DNA from: an uncultured Synergistia bacterium
GTDB lineage: Bacteria; Vulcanimicrobiota; SpSt-956; JAKJGF01
NCBI GenBank assembly: GCA_964431735.1
Contig: CAYSLJ010000014.1
Span: forward strand, 108 to 64,107
Length of the DNA: 64,000 nt
Direction: 5' to 3'
Under the pieces are notes generated by a model. The model worked only from the letters and a program-made list of their open reading frames with translations, had not been told where the DNA came from and did not search any database. A program made the translations under genes and the position numbers. The number at the start of each line of letters is the position of its first letter. Position 1 is the first letter of the stretch. Positions 19,823-28,908 of the stretch are shown here, in pieces.

Positions 19823-21289
19823 CTATTCAGGGTTAAAAATTACAGAGTCCTGCTCTACGGGAAACTCTATAGTAAATGTAGCTCCTTCTCCTTCTTTACT
19901 GTGAACATAAATTTTTCCTTTATTCTGTTTAACCATTCCATAGGATACGCTCAGACCAAGTCCTGTTCCTTCCCCTACTTTTTTTGTCGTGAAGAAAGGA
20001 TCGAAAACTTTTGGAATATCTTCCGATTTTATACCGGGGCCTGTATCTTTAAAGGTAATTTTTACAATATCATTGTCTTTTTCTGTTTTAACAGTCAAAA
20101 TTCCTCCTTTTTCTCCCATGGCCTGAATGGCATTTGTGGCAATATTTAAGAAAATCTGCTGGAATTGATGGGGATCGCCTGTTACACAGGGCAGGTTCTC
20201 TTCTAATTCTTCTACAAATTCTAAATGACCTTTTTTCAATTCGTAGTTGAACAGTTTTTTTGTTTCTTTTAATATATCATTTATAGATATAAGCTGCTGT
20301 GTTATTTCATGATTTCTGGAAAAAACCATCAGTTTCTGTAATATCTCTTTTGCCCTGATAGCTTCTTTGTTTATAGTCTCAAGATCTTCCTGCATTTCTT
20401 TATCGCATTTAGGATTGATTTTAAGGAACTGTGCAAAGCCCATAATACCTGTAAGGGGATTGTTTATTTCGTGGGTTATACCGGCTATGAGCTGTCCTAT
20501 GGATGATAATTTCTCTGCCTGTATCATCTGTTCTTCCCATAGTTTTTTCTGTGTTATATCACGAAATATACCTGCTATATAAATGGGATTATTCTCTTCA
20601 TCTCTTATAGCAGAAGCCGAAAAATGAACAAGAAGGGGATTGCCGTTTTTTTTCTTTATCTGAACTTCTTCTTCCCAGCTTTTCTGAATGATGAGATTTA
20701 TCAGTACTTTCAATTCCTCTATATTTTTTCCGGGAAAAAAATAAAGGAATGATTGCCCTGTTATTTCATAATCTTCGTATTCAAGAAGTTTTTTTGTTGC
20801 ATCGTTTATGAAAGAAATTTTACCTTCCATATCTGCAATAAAAACACATTCACTTATGCCTTTTATGACATGGGCAAATTTTAATATTTCTCTGTTCCTT
20901 TCGTTTAATTCAATATTAAGTAATTCTATTTCTTTTTTTTCTTTCCCTTCAAGTGCAAGTTCTTCTATGTTTTTTCGTCTTATTACAATAACTAAATATA
21001 AACCTGCAATAAGCAGGAGAAATTTAATCATAATAACATTACCTGGAGAGCTCATTACGTGAGAAATTTTTGCCGGTATTATTTCTATCAGGGAGAAAGC
21101 ATGGACTGTCCAGTATAAACTGTCAAGAGTCAAAGCGATACTGAAAACTATAAAGGCTTTTACAAGTGCGTTTACCTTCAGGTTATCAGGAGCCAGCTTC
21201 CCGTATCTGAACAGGAGGTTATAGAGTATATATATCCATATAAGGGAAAGATTAATATAGATTAATACTATTGGATAGCTGTTAATCAT
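19823..21289 (-). CDS. Membrane PAS sensor histidine kinase
   Basis: Three N-terminal TM helices, PAS, AGITHEINNPL, NAIQAM, DTGPGI, FFTTKKVGEGTGLGL. Confidence 0.92.
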   Translation of the reverse strand: MINSYPIVLIYINLSLIWIYILYNLLFRYGKLAPDNLKVNALVKAFIVFSIALTLDSLYWTVHAFSLIEIIPAKISHVMSSPGNVIMIKFLLLIAGLYLVIVIRRKNIEELALEGKEKKEIELLNIELNERNREILKFAHVIKGISECVFIADMEGKISFINDATKKLLEYEDYEITGQSFLYFFPGKNIEELKVLINLIIQKSWEEEVQIKKKNGNPLLVHFSASAIRDEENNPIYIAGIFRDITQKKLWEEQMIQAEKLSSIGQLIAGITHEINNPLTGIMGFAQFLKINPKCDKEMQEDLETINKEAIRAKEILQKLMVFSRNHEITQQLISINDILKETKKLFNYELKKGHLEFVEELEENLPCVTGDPHQFQQIFLNIATNAIQAMGEKGGILTVKTEKDNDIVKITFKDTGPGIKSEDIPKVFDPFFTTKKVGEGTGLGLSVSYGMVKQNKGKIYVHSKEGEGATFTIEFPVEQDSVIFNPE

Positions 21290-21450
21290 AGTTTTATAGT
21301 TTCAGTTCTTCAGGCCTGAATGTCTGAATTCATGCTATGGCTCTTCAGATGCCATATTTAAAAGAACCAGGAACCTGTACCTGTAACTCCTGTTGTTTAA
21401 GCTCTGAATATTTATATCATTAATATACCGTCGAACTTCTTTATAGTTAG

Positions 21451-21656
21451 TTTCATAACAATTCATAATTAATGAGTGAGTCGTGAGTAGTGAGTGACAT
21501 TGCCATATTCTGATCAAAACTCACTATTCACTTACTGAGGTAAGCATAAATAATACATATATGCTCTCGTGACGCGTAACGCGTGACGCGTGACGGGGAG
21601 GAAAACTTTTATTACATGCTTATGCTCAGGTCAGTAAATTCTAATAAGTTATGAAA
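21451..21656. mobile_element. Family E element (TTTCATAAC/GTTATGAAA ends, inverted AGTGAGT heptamers) carrying a family A insertion
   Basis: Uninterrupted relative at 34336-34442. Confidence 0.6.
21535..21634. mobile_element. Family A MITE (100 bp) with TA target duplication
   Basis: TIRs CTGAGGTAAGCATAA / TTATGCTCAGGTCAG; empty site CACT-TA-AATTCT at 34417-34428. Confidence 0.88.
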
Positions 21657-21758
21657 TATATTATATATTATACCATATTGTCACATTTATTTACTACTTT
21701 ATTTAAAGTTTATTTTCTTCGAAGGATTCTAATATTTTCCAGCGAATATCTGTTATTC

Positions 21759-22140
21759 TTATTAACCTGAGCATAAGCATTTAGAACCTATCCGAACAGT
21801 AATATTTATTATACACACTTCCGGTGGGTGAGGCTCTGGAGAAAAATATATACCGTATTAATAGTAATTTGTAAATTACTGAGGTGAGCATAAATAATAC
21901 ATATATGCTCTCGTGACGCGTAACGCGTGACGCGTGACGGGAGGAAAACTTTTATTACATGCTTATACTCAGGTCAGTAAATAAATGTAATATCGCAGCA
22001 GTCTTTAAAGACAGGTTGTTTTGCATGAGGATTATAGATTTTTCGGTAGAGCCTTACGGGCCGGAAGCTATTTGATGACTGTTCGGATAGGCTCTTGATA
22101 AACGTTTTTCTCCTGTCACGTGTTATGCTTTACGCGTTAC
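21759..22140. mobile_element. Nested MITEs: degenerate A interrupted by B (21784-22094), which is interrupted by A (21879-21977)
   Basis: Outer halves AACCTGAGCATAAGCAT and ATAAACGTTTTTCTCCTGTCACG rejoin to the family A sequence. B ends GAACCTATCCGAACAGT / ACTGTTCGGATAGGCTC. Inner A is flanked by TA. Confidence 0.82.
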
Positions 22141-22191
22141 AACTATAACCAGCGGAATATTTACCGTTATAAGCTTAGGAGATGATAACCG

Positions 22192-23463
22192 TTGAAAATT
22201 TTTTTCACTGTTTTTTTTATTTTATCTATGATTTATTTTATTGCCGGTCAGGGCATAGTGACCACTGTTAATGCATCTGATGTAAACATAAGAGATGGTG
22301 CCGGCCTTGATAAAAATATAATTGATCAGTTGCAAAAAGGGGAAGAACTGATCCTGATAGATGTTCAGGGAGACTGGTATTATGTGGAATACAGGGGAAA
22401 TAAAAGAGGCTGGATATTTAAGGATTTTATAGTAACTGCCACTCCAGTTGTGAAAAGCACACCTGTTATAAAGACACCTGTTATTACACCTGTCCCTGAA
22501 ATAAGTAAAGAGAGAATTGTTTTTGCCACTACTTCAGGTCTTAAAATTATAAATAATGACGGTACAGGTCTTGAAACTCTGACTGATGTAGAAGGAGATA
22601 ATTTCCCTGTATGGTCTCGTGACGGTAAGAAAATAGTTTTTATTAATTACAGAGAAGGAAGAAACCTTTATGTTGTAAACAGTGACGGGAAAGGTAGAAA
22701 AAAAATAACGGAACGTCTGTCTGTTATGCCATATATAGAATGGTCAAAAAATGGGAAAACCATGTTTTTTAGTGTCGAGTTTTCGGAGAATTTATATTAT
22801 ACGAATATCTTTACGTTAACTGAAGGAGGAAAAGCGAAAAATATAAGTCACCAAAAGGATAATCCAGACAGTCATCCACTTGTGGCACCTGATAACAGTC
22901 TCATTGCTTTTTGTTCCAGAAGGGATAGGAACAGTGAAGTATATGTAATGAATCCTGACGGAACACATCGTAGAAATCTCACAGCCCATCCTGCTGAAGA
23001 TGTGCCGGGATGCTGGTCAAAGAGCAGCAGAAGTATAGTTTTTACTTCTAACAGGGATTCCGATTATAAAAGTCTTAAAATGACTCAGTCTCCGAGAGAG
23101 ATTTATCTGGTCAAGATAGAAACTATGCAGGCTATTAATTTAACAAATAACAGCGGAGATGATTATAACCCTGTTGTAAGTCCCGATGGTAATAGAATAT
23201 TATTCCTCTCAGACAGGAACAGAGAAGAAAGAAAAAATTACTCCAGTATATTTATAATGAAGTCTACAGGAAAAGATGCCATACTGATTAGCGATATAGA
23301 TGGTGATAAATCAAATATTTCCTGGTCTCATGACGGTTCGGAAATTTTGTTTCAGCTGAATTCAGGTGGGACTGATTATATTTATATTGCAGATATTAAA
23401 GGGAAAAACAGACTTTTTTTATTGGGCGAAGGATTTTCGCCTCAGTGGTGTCCGATACAGTGA
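22192..23463 (+). CDS. Secreted SH3b domain plus TolB-like (PD40 repeat) beta-propeller protein
   Basis: VNIRDGAG..WYYV..GWI SH3b; repeats PVWSRDGKKIVF, PVVSPDGNRILF, WSHDGSEILF. Confidence 0.85.
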   Translation: MKIFFTVFFILSMIYFIAGQGIVTTVNASDVNIRDGAGLDKNIIDQLQKGEELILIDVQGDWYYVEYRGNKRGWIFKDFIVTATPVVKSTPVIKTPVITPVPEISKERIVFATTSGLKIINNDGTGLETLTDVEGDNFPVWSRDGKKIVFINYREGRNLYVVNSDGKGRKKITERLSVMPYIEWSKNGKTMFFSVEFSENLYYTNIFTLTEGGKAKNISHQKDNPDSHPLVAPDNSLIAFCSRRDRNSEVYVMNPDGTHRRNLTAHPAEDVPGCWSKSSRSIVFTSNRDSDYKSLKMTQSPREIYLVKIETMQAINLTNNSGDDYNPVVSPDGNRILFLSDRNREERKNYSSIFIMKSTGKDAILISDIDGDKSNISWSHDGSEILFQLNSGGTDYIYIADIKGKNRLFLLGEGFSPQWCPIQ

Positions 23464-23479
23464 ACCTGTTCACCCATAA

Positions 23480-25408
23480 CTACTTACAGCATCTGAAACC
23501 AAGAAAATAATATCTGAATGTCGGTTTATACCATCTTCTGAATGATGAACGGAAGTGAAGGGGATTATCCAGAAACCATGCTCCTCCTCTTACAACTTTG
23601 TATTCAGTGCCGAAATTGTCGTTTGTATAGGTGCTTCCCGGATAGGCATTCAGCCAGTTTTCACACCATTCCCATACATTGCCTGCCATATCTTCTGCTT
23701 TAAAAGGACTTATTCCCTGCGGGAAACTTCCTACAGGCATAAGGCTTCCACAGCCTCCGTAACACCGGTTTGCACATTTTTTAGGATTCCATTCGTTTCC
23801 CCAGGGATATTCTCTTCTTTCTATACCGCGGGCAGCTACTTCCCATTCCGCTTCTGACATAAGTCGTTTTTCTGCCCATTCTGCATAGGCTCTGGCACCA
23901 TACCATGTGACACATACAACAGGATGGTCATCATATCCTGTTTCAACCCTGTACCTTCCTCTCAACTTTTCTATTCTGCATTCTGTATCATTTATATAAA
24001 TCCACTGATCTTCTGCTCCTTCCATTCTTTTTCTGTTCAGGAATTTGCAATACTGCCTGTTAGTTATGAGGTATTTGTCTATATAGTAAGGTTTTAAAGT
24101 AACCATGTGCTTTGGTTTTTCTATCTCTACAGCATTGGGATTATTATCGTCATTGCCAATCCAGTATTCTCCGGCAGGTATGAGCACCATATGGGCTTCA
24201 TCTTTTTCATTGGTTATAAATTCAGGCAGTGTAGTTTCATCAATTTCAATTTCAGGTATCTCCACATCTTCAGGCAACTCCCGGGTGGTTTTAACATTTC
24301 TTATTTCTCTCCTTATAAGTGTCTGGATCATATCAGGAAGAGCCTGTATTTTGTGAAATAACTCGGTTGTTAATCCTCCAGTTTTTTCTTTTTTCCCTGT
24401 AACGGCACTTTCTTCCTGTTTCTCTGTTTTTTTTATTCTGGTAGAAAGGTCTGAAACTGTTTTTTCTTCTTTCTTTAAAGTAGAAGCTGTCAAAACCGGC
24501 AGTTTTCTGGTTTGATTTAAATATTCTGCAAGAGCCTCTTTCATTGCTGTAGCAGTTTCATATCTGTCTTCTATTTCAAGAGCAAGAGCTTTTTCGAGTA
24601 TTATTTCAAGTTCTGCCGATATGTCAGGATTAAGCTGTCTTACAGGTTTAAACATACAGGGAGTAGGTACTTTGCCTGTGAGCAAATGATGCATTGTTGC
24701 TCCGAGTGAAAAAAGATCGCTTTGAGGCACTACTTTACCGTCAAATTGTTCCGGTGATGAATAATGCGGTGTTCCGATTGATGTCATAGTATTTATATTT
24801 TCAGGCATTATACTTCTGGCTATACCGAAATCTACCAGCATTACCTGGTTATTCTTTTTCTGGATCATTATATTGGCAGGTTTCAAATCTCTGTAAATAA
24901 TAGGAGGATTATTTCTGTGCAGATAGGAAAGAACATCAAGTAAATCTATAGCCCATCTGACCACTTTATCTTCAGGTAATCCCGGTTTACCGTATTTACG
25001 GAGAATTTCATCCAGATCCTGCCCTTCTACAAAATCCATAACAAGATAATAGGTACCTTTTTCTATAAAGTAATCTATTACCCTGGGAAGATTTGGATGA
25101 TGAAGTGTTCGAAGCATTTTGGCTTCTTCCTGAAATCTGAAGGCCAGGTAATTGGCATCATGGGAAGATTCGTTAATTACCATTTCTTTTACGGCACATT
25201 TGTTACTGAACCTCTTGTCAATAGCCTGATAAATAGCTCCCATCCCGCCTGATTTTATGAGTTTTTTTATTTCATATCTATTATCAATAACAGTTCCCGG
25301 TGTAAGGGAACCGGTAGTTGTGGTTTCTTCCAGGGAACAACCGCAATTCCCACAGAATTTTGCATCAACATTATGTTTTTCACCACATCCGGAACAGTAT
25401 TTTATCAT
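23480..25408 (-). CDS. Zinc ribbon - Hanks-type Ser/Thr kinase - FGE-sulfatase domain fusion
   Basis: CSGC..CGNC; GGMGAIY, YRDLKPAN, DFGIA, GTPHYSSPEQ; EAEWEVAARG, DMAGNVWEW, RGGAW, LGFRC. Confidence 0.92.
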   Translation of the reverse strand: MIKYCSGCGEKHNVDAKFCGNCGCSLEETTTTGSLTPGTVIDNRYEIKKLIKSGGMGAIYQAIDKRFSNKCAVKEMVINESSHDANYLAFRFQEEAKMLRTLHHPNLPRVIDYFIEKGTYYLVMDFVEGQDLDEILRKYGKPGLPEDKVVRWAIDLLDVLSYLHRNNPPIIYRDLKPANIMIQKKNNQVMLVDFGIARSIMPENINTMTSIGTPHYSSPEQFDGKVVPQSDLFSLGATMHHLLTGKVPTPCMFKPVRQLNPDISAELEIILEKALALEIEDRYETATAMKEALAEYLNQTRKLPVLTASTLKKEEKTVSDLSTRIKKTEKQEESAVTGKKEKTGGLTTELFHKIQALPDMIQTLIRREIRNVKTTRELPEDVEIPEIEIDETTLPEFITNEKDEAHMVLIPAGEYWIGNDDNNPNAVEIEKPKHMVTLKPYYIDKYLITNRQYCKFLNRKRMEGAEDQWIYINDTECRIEKLRGRYRVETGYDDHPVVCVTWYGARAYAEWAEKRLMSEAEWEVAARGIERREYPWGNEWNPKKCANRCYGGCGSLMPVGSFPQGISPFKAEDMAGNVWEWCENWLNAYPGSTYTNDNFGTEYKVVRGGAWFLDNPLHFRSSFRRWYKPTFRYYFLGFRCCK

Positions 25409-25550
25409 AAAGTTCCTCCTGTTTTTATCTCTGCTCTCTGCTGGTTCACCTTGAAATTCTCCTGATAATTCTATATATAGTGCTCATGTCCTTTGAAAAG
25501 TAAAAAAAATATATTTTTTCATAGTAATTATTTCTATATTATTGTAAAAT

Positions 25551-25623
25551 AGTGAAAAGTGAGTCGTGAGTCGTGAGTGGATACGTATTACGCATTACGA
25601 AACCATTCGTCACATGTCACGAT
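25551..25623. repeat. Heptamer repeat block
   Basis: AGTGAAA AGTGAGT CGTGAGT CGTGAGT ... TTACGCA TTACGAAACCA..GTCAC. Confidence 0.7.
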
Positions 25624-25641
25624 TTTAAGGAGGAAATAATT

Positions 25642-26850
25642 TTGCTGGATATTTTATTAGAGAATGATATAAAATCATATGTTGAACGCAGTAAGACCAG
25701 GATTGTATTCGGGTGGGAAAAATCACTTGAAATAAGAAGTTATATAGATACTGTAATCAGAGAATTACAGCAATACCTTTATATAGGTGATCAGGTTTTC
25801 TTATTGATTGCCAGACCTCTTATGGAGACAGAATTTTATTCTAAATTTATTCAACATCTTGGCCCGGTAGAAGTATTCCCATGTGAATGTCAGAATCCGG
25901 GCCTTATGGACCTTGCAGAGGTTTTTGCAGCATACAGAAAAAATAGACAGAGAATAGTTATAGGAGTAGGAGGAGGAAGCATAATGGATCTTGCCAAGGC
26001 TATATCGGGCTGGGCATATCATCCGGGTTTTATTCCTGCTTTCCCCCGAATTTCAGAAGGTCTCCCATGTTACCCCTTGATTCTTATTCCAACTATGGCA
26101 GGATCTGGCAGTGAAGTTACTCCTTATATATTTATGACTGATAAACAGGGATGCAGGGTTATAAATGGTCTTGTTCCTCCCTATATATCAATTGTAGATC
26201 CCTGGCCATCCATTACTTCCACGCATTATCAGACACTTTATGCGGCTATGACAGCCTTCGCCCATTCTGTTGAAGCATTTGTATCAAAAAATGCCACTCC
26301 TGAAACAGATAAACTTGCTTTTCGATCAATTGAACTTATACTTACCAATCTTACTAAAGTATTGAAAGATAAAAATTACAGGGAAGGAAGGTCAATGTTG
26401 TCTCTTGCCTCTGTAATTTCAGGATTATCTGTCAATGGAGGACTGGGACTGGCTACAACCATGGCACTTCAGATACATAATATCCCTTACGGACTTATAT
26501 TATCACTTGTTTTACCGTTTGTTATAGAATATAACGAACCTTTTTGCAGAGAGAAATATGACCGTATAAATAATTTATTTGTTTACAGATCAGAAAAATT
26601 GTCTGAAACACTTCAGGAATGGTTTAATTATCTGGGAATTTATTCTTTTGAAGGTATGTACAGAAAAAATCTGGAAACATTCCTTCACAGTGAATACTGT
26701 ATTCGTTTATCCACACAGCTTGTTAAAGATAATATCCATTATGCAACTAACCCGGCTGTTGCAGATGAAGAAGATATAAAGAATCTCTTTTTCTCTCTTC
26801 ATACCATACCACTTCAGCCTCAAAAAAGATATGAAGATCTGCTTATGTAA
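25642..26850 (+). CDS. Iron-containing alcohol dehydrogenase fold protein with degenerate metal site
   Basis: GGGSIMDLAK, IPTMAGSGSEVT, AFAHSVEAFVS. Start moved to the TTG after AAGGAGG because the upstream extension reads through repeat DNA. Confidence 0.8.
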   Translation: MLDILLENDIKSYVERSKTRIVFGWEKSLEIRSYIDTVIRELQQYLYIGDQVFLLIARPLMETEFYSKFIQHLGPVEVFPCECQNPGLMDLAEVFAAYRKNRQRIVIGVGGGSIMDLAKAISGWAYHPGFIPAFPRISEGLPCYPLILIPTMAGSGSEVTPYIFMTDKQGCRVINGLVPPYISIVDPWPSITSTHYQTLYAAMTAFAHSVEAFVSKNATPETDKLAFRSIELILTNLTKVLKDKNYREGRSMLSLASVISGLSVNGGLGLATTMALQIHNIPYGLILSLVLPFVIEYNEPFCREKYDRINNLFVYRSEKLSETLQEWFNYLGIYSFEGMYRKNLETFLHSEYCIRLSTQLVKDNIHYATNPAVADEEDIKNLFFSLHTIPLQPQKRYEDLLM

Positions 26851-26987
26851 AAATACGACTTCAGACTTACGCCTTTAGTCTTATTGTTATAATTATTTTT
26901 TAAAGATTCTACAACCTGAGAAGCTTTTTAAGTGTTTTAAATTATTGTACTATAAATATGGAAAATTTTAATTAAGGAGGGATTGAA

Positions 26988-27662
26988 ATGTATCTAAAAG
27001 TGGTAATTGACAGAACCGGTAATACACATATGATAAAACCGGAGAAGGAACTTGATGTTGTATGTCCTTTCTGCAAAACTGTTAATACTTATATACTTGC
27101 TCATGATGCAAGCCTTTTCTGTAATTACTGTGGTAAACGCCTTGTTACACAGGTCGATGACGGTAATTCTGAGATAGAGGAAGAATATTCTAATGAGCAG
27201 ATAAGTGATTTCATCCGTATTTTAAAAGAAGGTGGTTCTTTTTATGATAGAACCGATGCTATAACATCTCTGGGAAGGATTTCCAGAAATAATAAAAGAA
27301 TTGGCATTATCTTTAATTTATTACATAAAATAAGTATTTCAGAGCCTGATCCTGAGGTAAGAGGATATGCCATGGAAGCTCTTGATAAACTTGGTCTGAA
27401 GCCTGTTATCGCGAGACCAGTAACTGAACCTGAAGCATTGTCTCATGTAAATGAAGAAAAAGTGGCAAAAAAAGCAGAACTATCGCCTTTTAAAACTTAT
27501 AAAATAGAAGACTTACCTGATGAAACCAGACAACAGATTTTATTATTGAATGAAAATAAAACTAATGGTAAATCATCTATTGCTCCCGGCGGTAACGGGA
27601 AAAATACCAGAAATACTTATTCAATGGAAGATGAACTTTTATCATTATTAAATGATATTTAA
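26988..27662 (+). CDS. Zinc ribbon plus HEAT-repeat protein of unknown function
   Basis: CPFC..CNYC; RTDAITSLG and DPEVRGYAMEALDKL; AAGGAGG SD. Confidence 0.7.
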   Translation: MYLKVVIDRTGNTHMIKPEKELDVVCPFCKTVNTYILAHDASLFCNYCGKRLVTQVDDGNSEIEEEYSNEQISDFIRILKEGGSFYDRTDAITSLGRISRNNKRIGIIFNLLHKISISEPDPEVRGYAMEALDKLGLKPVIARPVTEPEALSHVNEEKVAKKAELSPFKTYKIEDLPDETRQQILLLNENKTNGKSSIAPGGNGKNTRNTYSMEDELLSLLNDI

Positions 27663-27802
27663 ATCTGTCATGTCCTCTGTGAAATTTGTATTACTTCTTA
27701 CTGATATTATTATTTTTATTGTTATTAACTATTTTGACTTCTCCTGCAAACTTAAAAGATATGTATGATTATCTAAAAGATTCAACCTCTGTTTCAAATC
27801 AA

Positions 27803-28055
27803 TTACTGGCCTGACCATAATGGGTTGTAAAAAATAACCTTATCATATTTACAATCGTGACGGGAGGACAAAAACTATAATTTGCCAGAGTTATTTTCTT
27901 ACAGTCCCCACGTATGTAATACAAGTTTCCCTCCATCTAATTACCGCTCCAGATAAGTCAGTATCCATTTCTAAAACCTCTCCCTGACCGGACTCTTCCG
28001 GAAAAGATATGATCCTGTTGTGTGGCAAACTGGTTTTACAGACTTTTAATATTTT
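27803..28055. mobile_element. MITE pile-up: family A fragment interrupted by family D (27822-27908), followed by family C (27942-28055)
   Basis: TTACTGGCCTGACCATAA and GTATGTAATACAAGTTTCCCTCC flank the D copy; C is the reverse complement of 60-173. Confidence 0.72.
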
Positions 28056-28205
28056 CCTCTTGCTATAAATAAGTCTCTATAGTAAAATATAAACATATTA
28101 TCTTTTTTATAATTTAAATCTATAGGAATTTTCATTTTTAATGTTTTAAAATAAAGTTTTAGATGAAAATTAGAAAGAGGTAATTAATCTAAATAATTTA
28201 TATTA

Positions 28206-28297
28206 CTGACCTGAGCATAAGCATGTAATAAACGTTTTCCTTCCGTCACGCGTTACGCGTCACGAGAGCATATATGTATTATTTATACTCACCTCGG
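28206..28297. mobile_element. Family A MITE
   Basis: TA-CTGACCTGAGCATAAGCAT...TTATACTCACCTCGG-TA; reverse orientation of 21879-21977 with one heptamer fewer. Confidence 0.88.
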
Positions 28298-28345
28298 TAA
28301 TTGAAAAGAGCCGGTGATTCCTATTATTAGAGAGGATGATTATCT

Positions 28346-28750
28346 ATGAATGCACAGATTTTTGTGCAATTTGAAGACAGGGTTAAGAAAGTTATTGATT
28401 TTTCTACAGAGGGCTATGTTATTCCGGAAAGAATATATTACGGTTTTACCAATGATAAAGACCCAGGACATGATACTATATGGTATAACCTTCAGGGAAA
28501 CCCCGGCAGTGAAATAAGTAATGATTTTTATAAACGTTCAATTAAAGAAGAACCCCCTGTTTTTGTTTATGAAGGTTTCAGGGTGAAGGTAAACCCTTTC
28601 CTTGCTTTTAAGAAAATTATTTATAGAATCAGATATTGTTATAAATACAGAAGTTCAAATCACTATGATCCCAATAATTCTCTTGATGCTCCGGATGTAT
28701 ATTATTTTCATGCCCCTACAAGAGATTTCTGGGATGCAGTTACCTATTAA
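28346..28750 (+). CDS. Hypothetical protein
   Basis: 134 aa ORF with GAGGA SD; no motif recognised. Confidence 0.6.
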   Translation: MNAQIFVQFEDRVKKVIDFSTEGYVIPERIYYGFTNDKDPGHDTIWYNLQGNPGSEISNDFYKRSIKEEPPVFVYEGFRVKVNPFLAFKKIIYRIRYCYKYRSSNHYDPNNSLDAPDVYYFHAPTRDFWDAVTY

Positions 28751-28908
28751 CATGTATTACGAAGTAGTATGCCATAACCCTCGCGTAACGAATTACGCGT
28801 CATAATAATTTTATACTTTTAAAGGGTTAAAACAAAGCTTTAGATAAAAATTATAAAAAGGCGATCTATATAAAAAAATTAAGTTTTTATCAGAGGTAGT
28901 AAAGTATT

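Noticed and set aside
21335-21517. 60-aa minus-strand ORF upstream of the PAS kinase
   Set aside because: It starts inside repeat DNA with no SD or motif; a gene remnant cannot be excluded.
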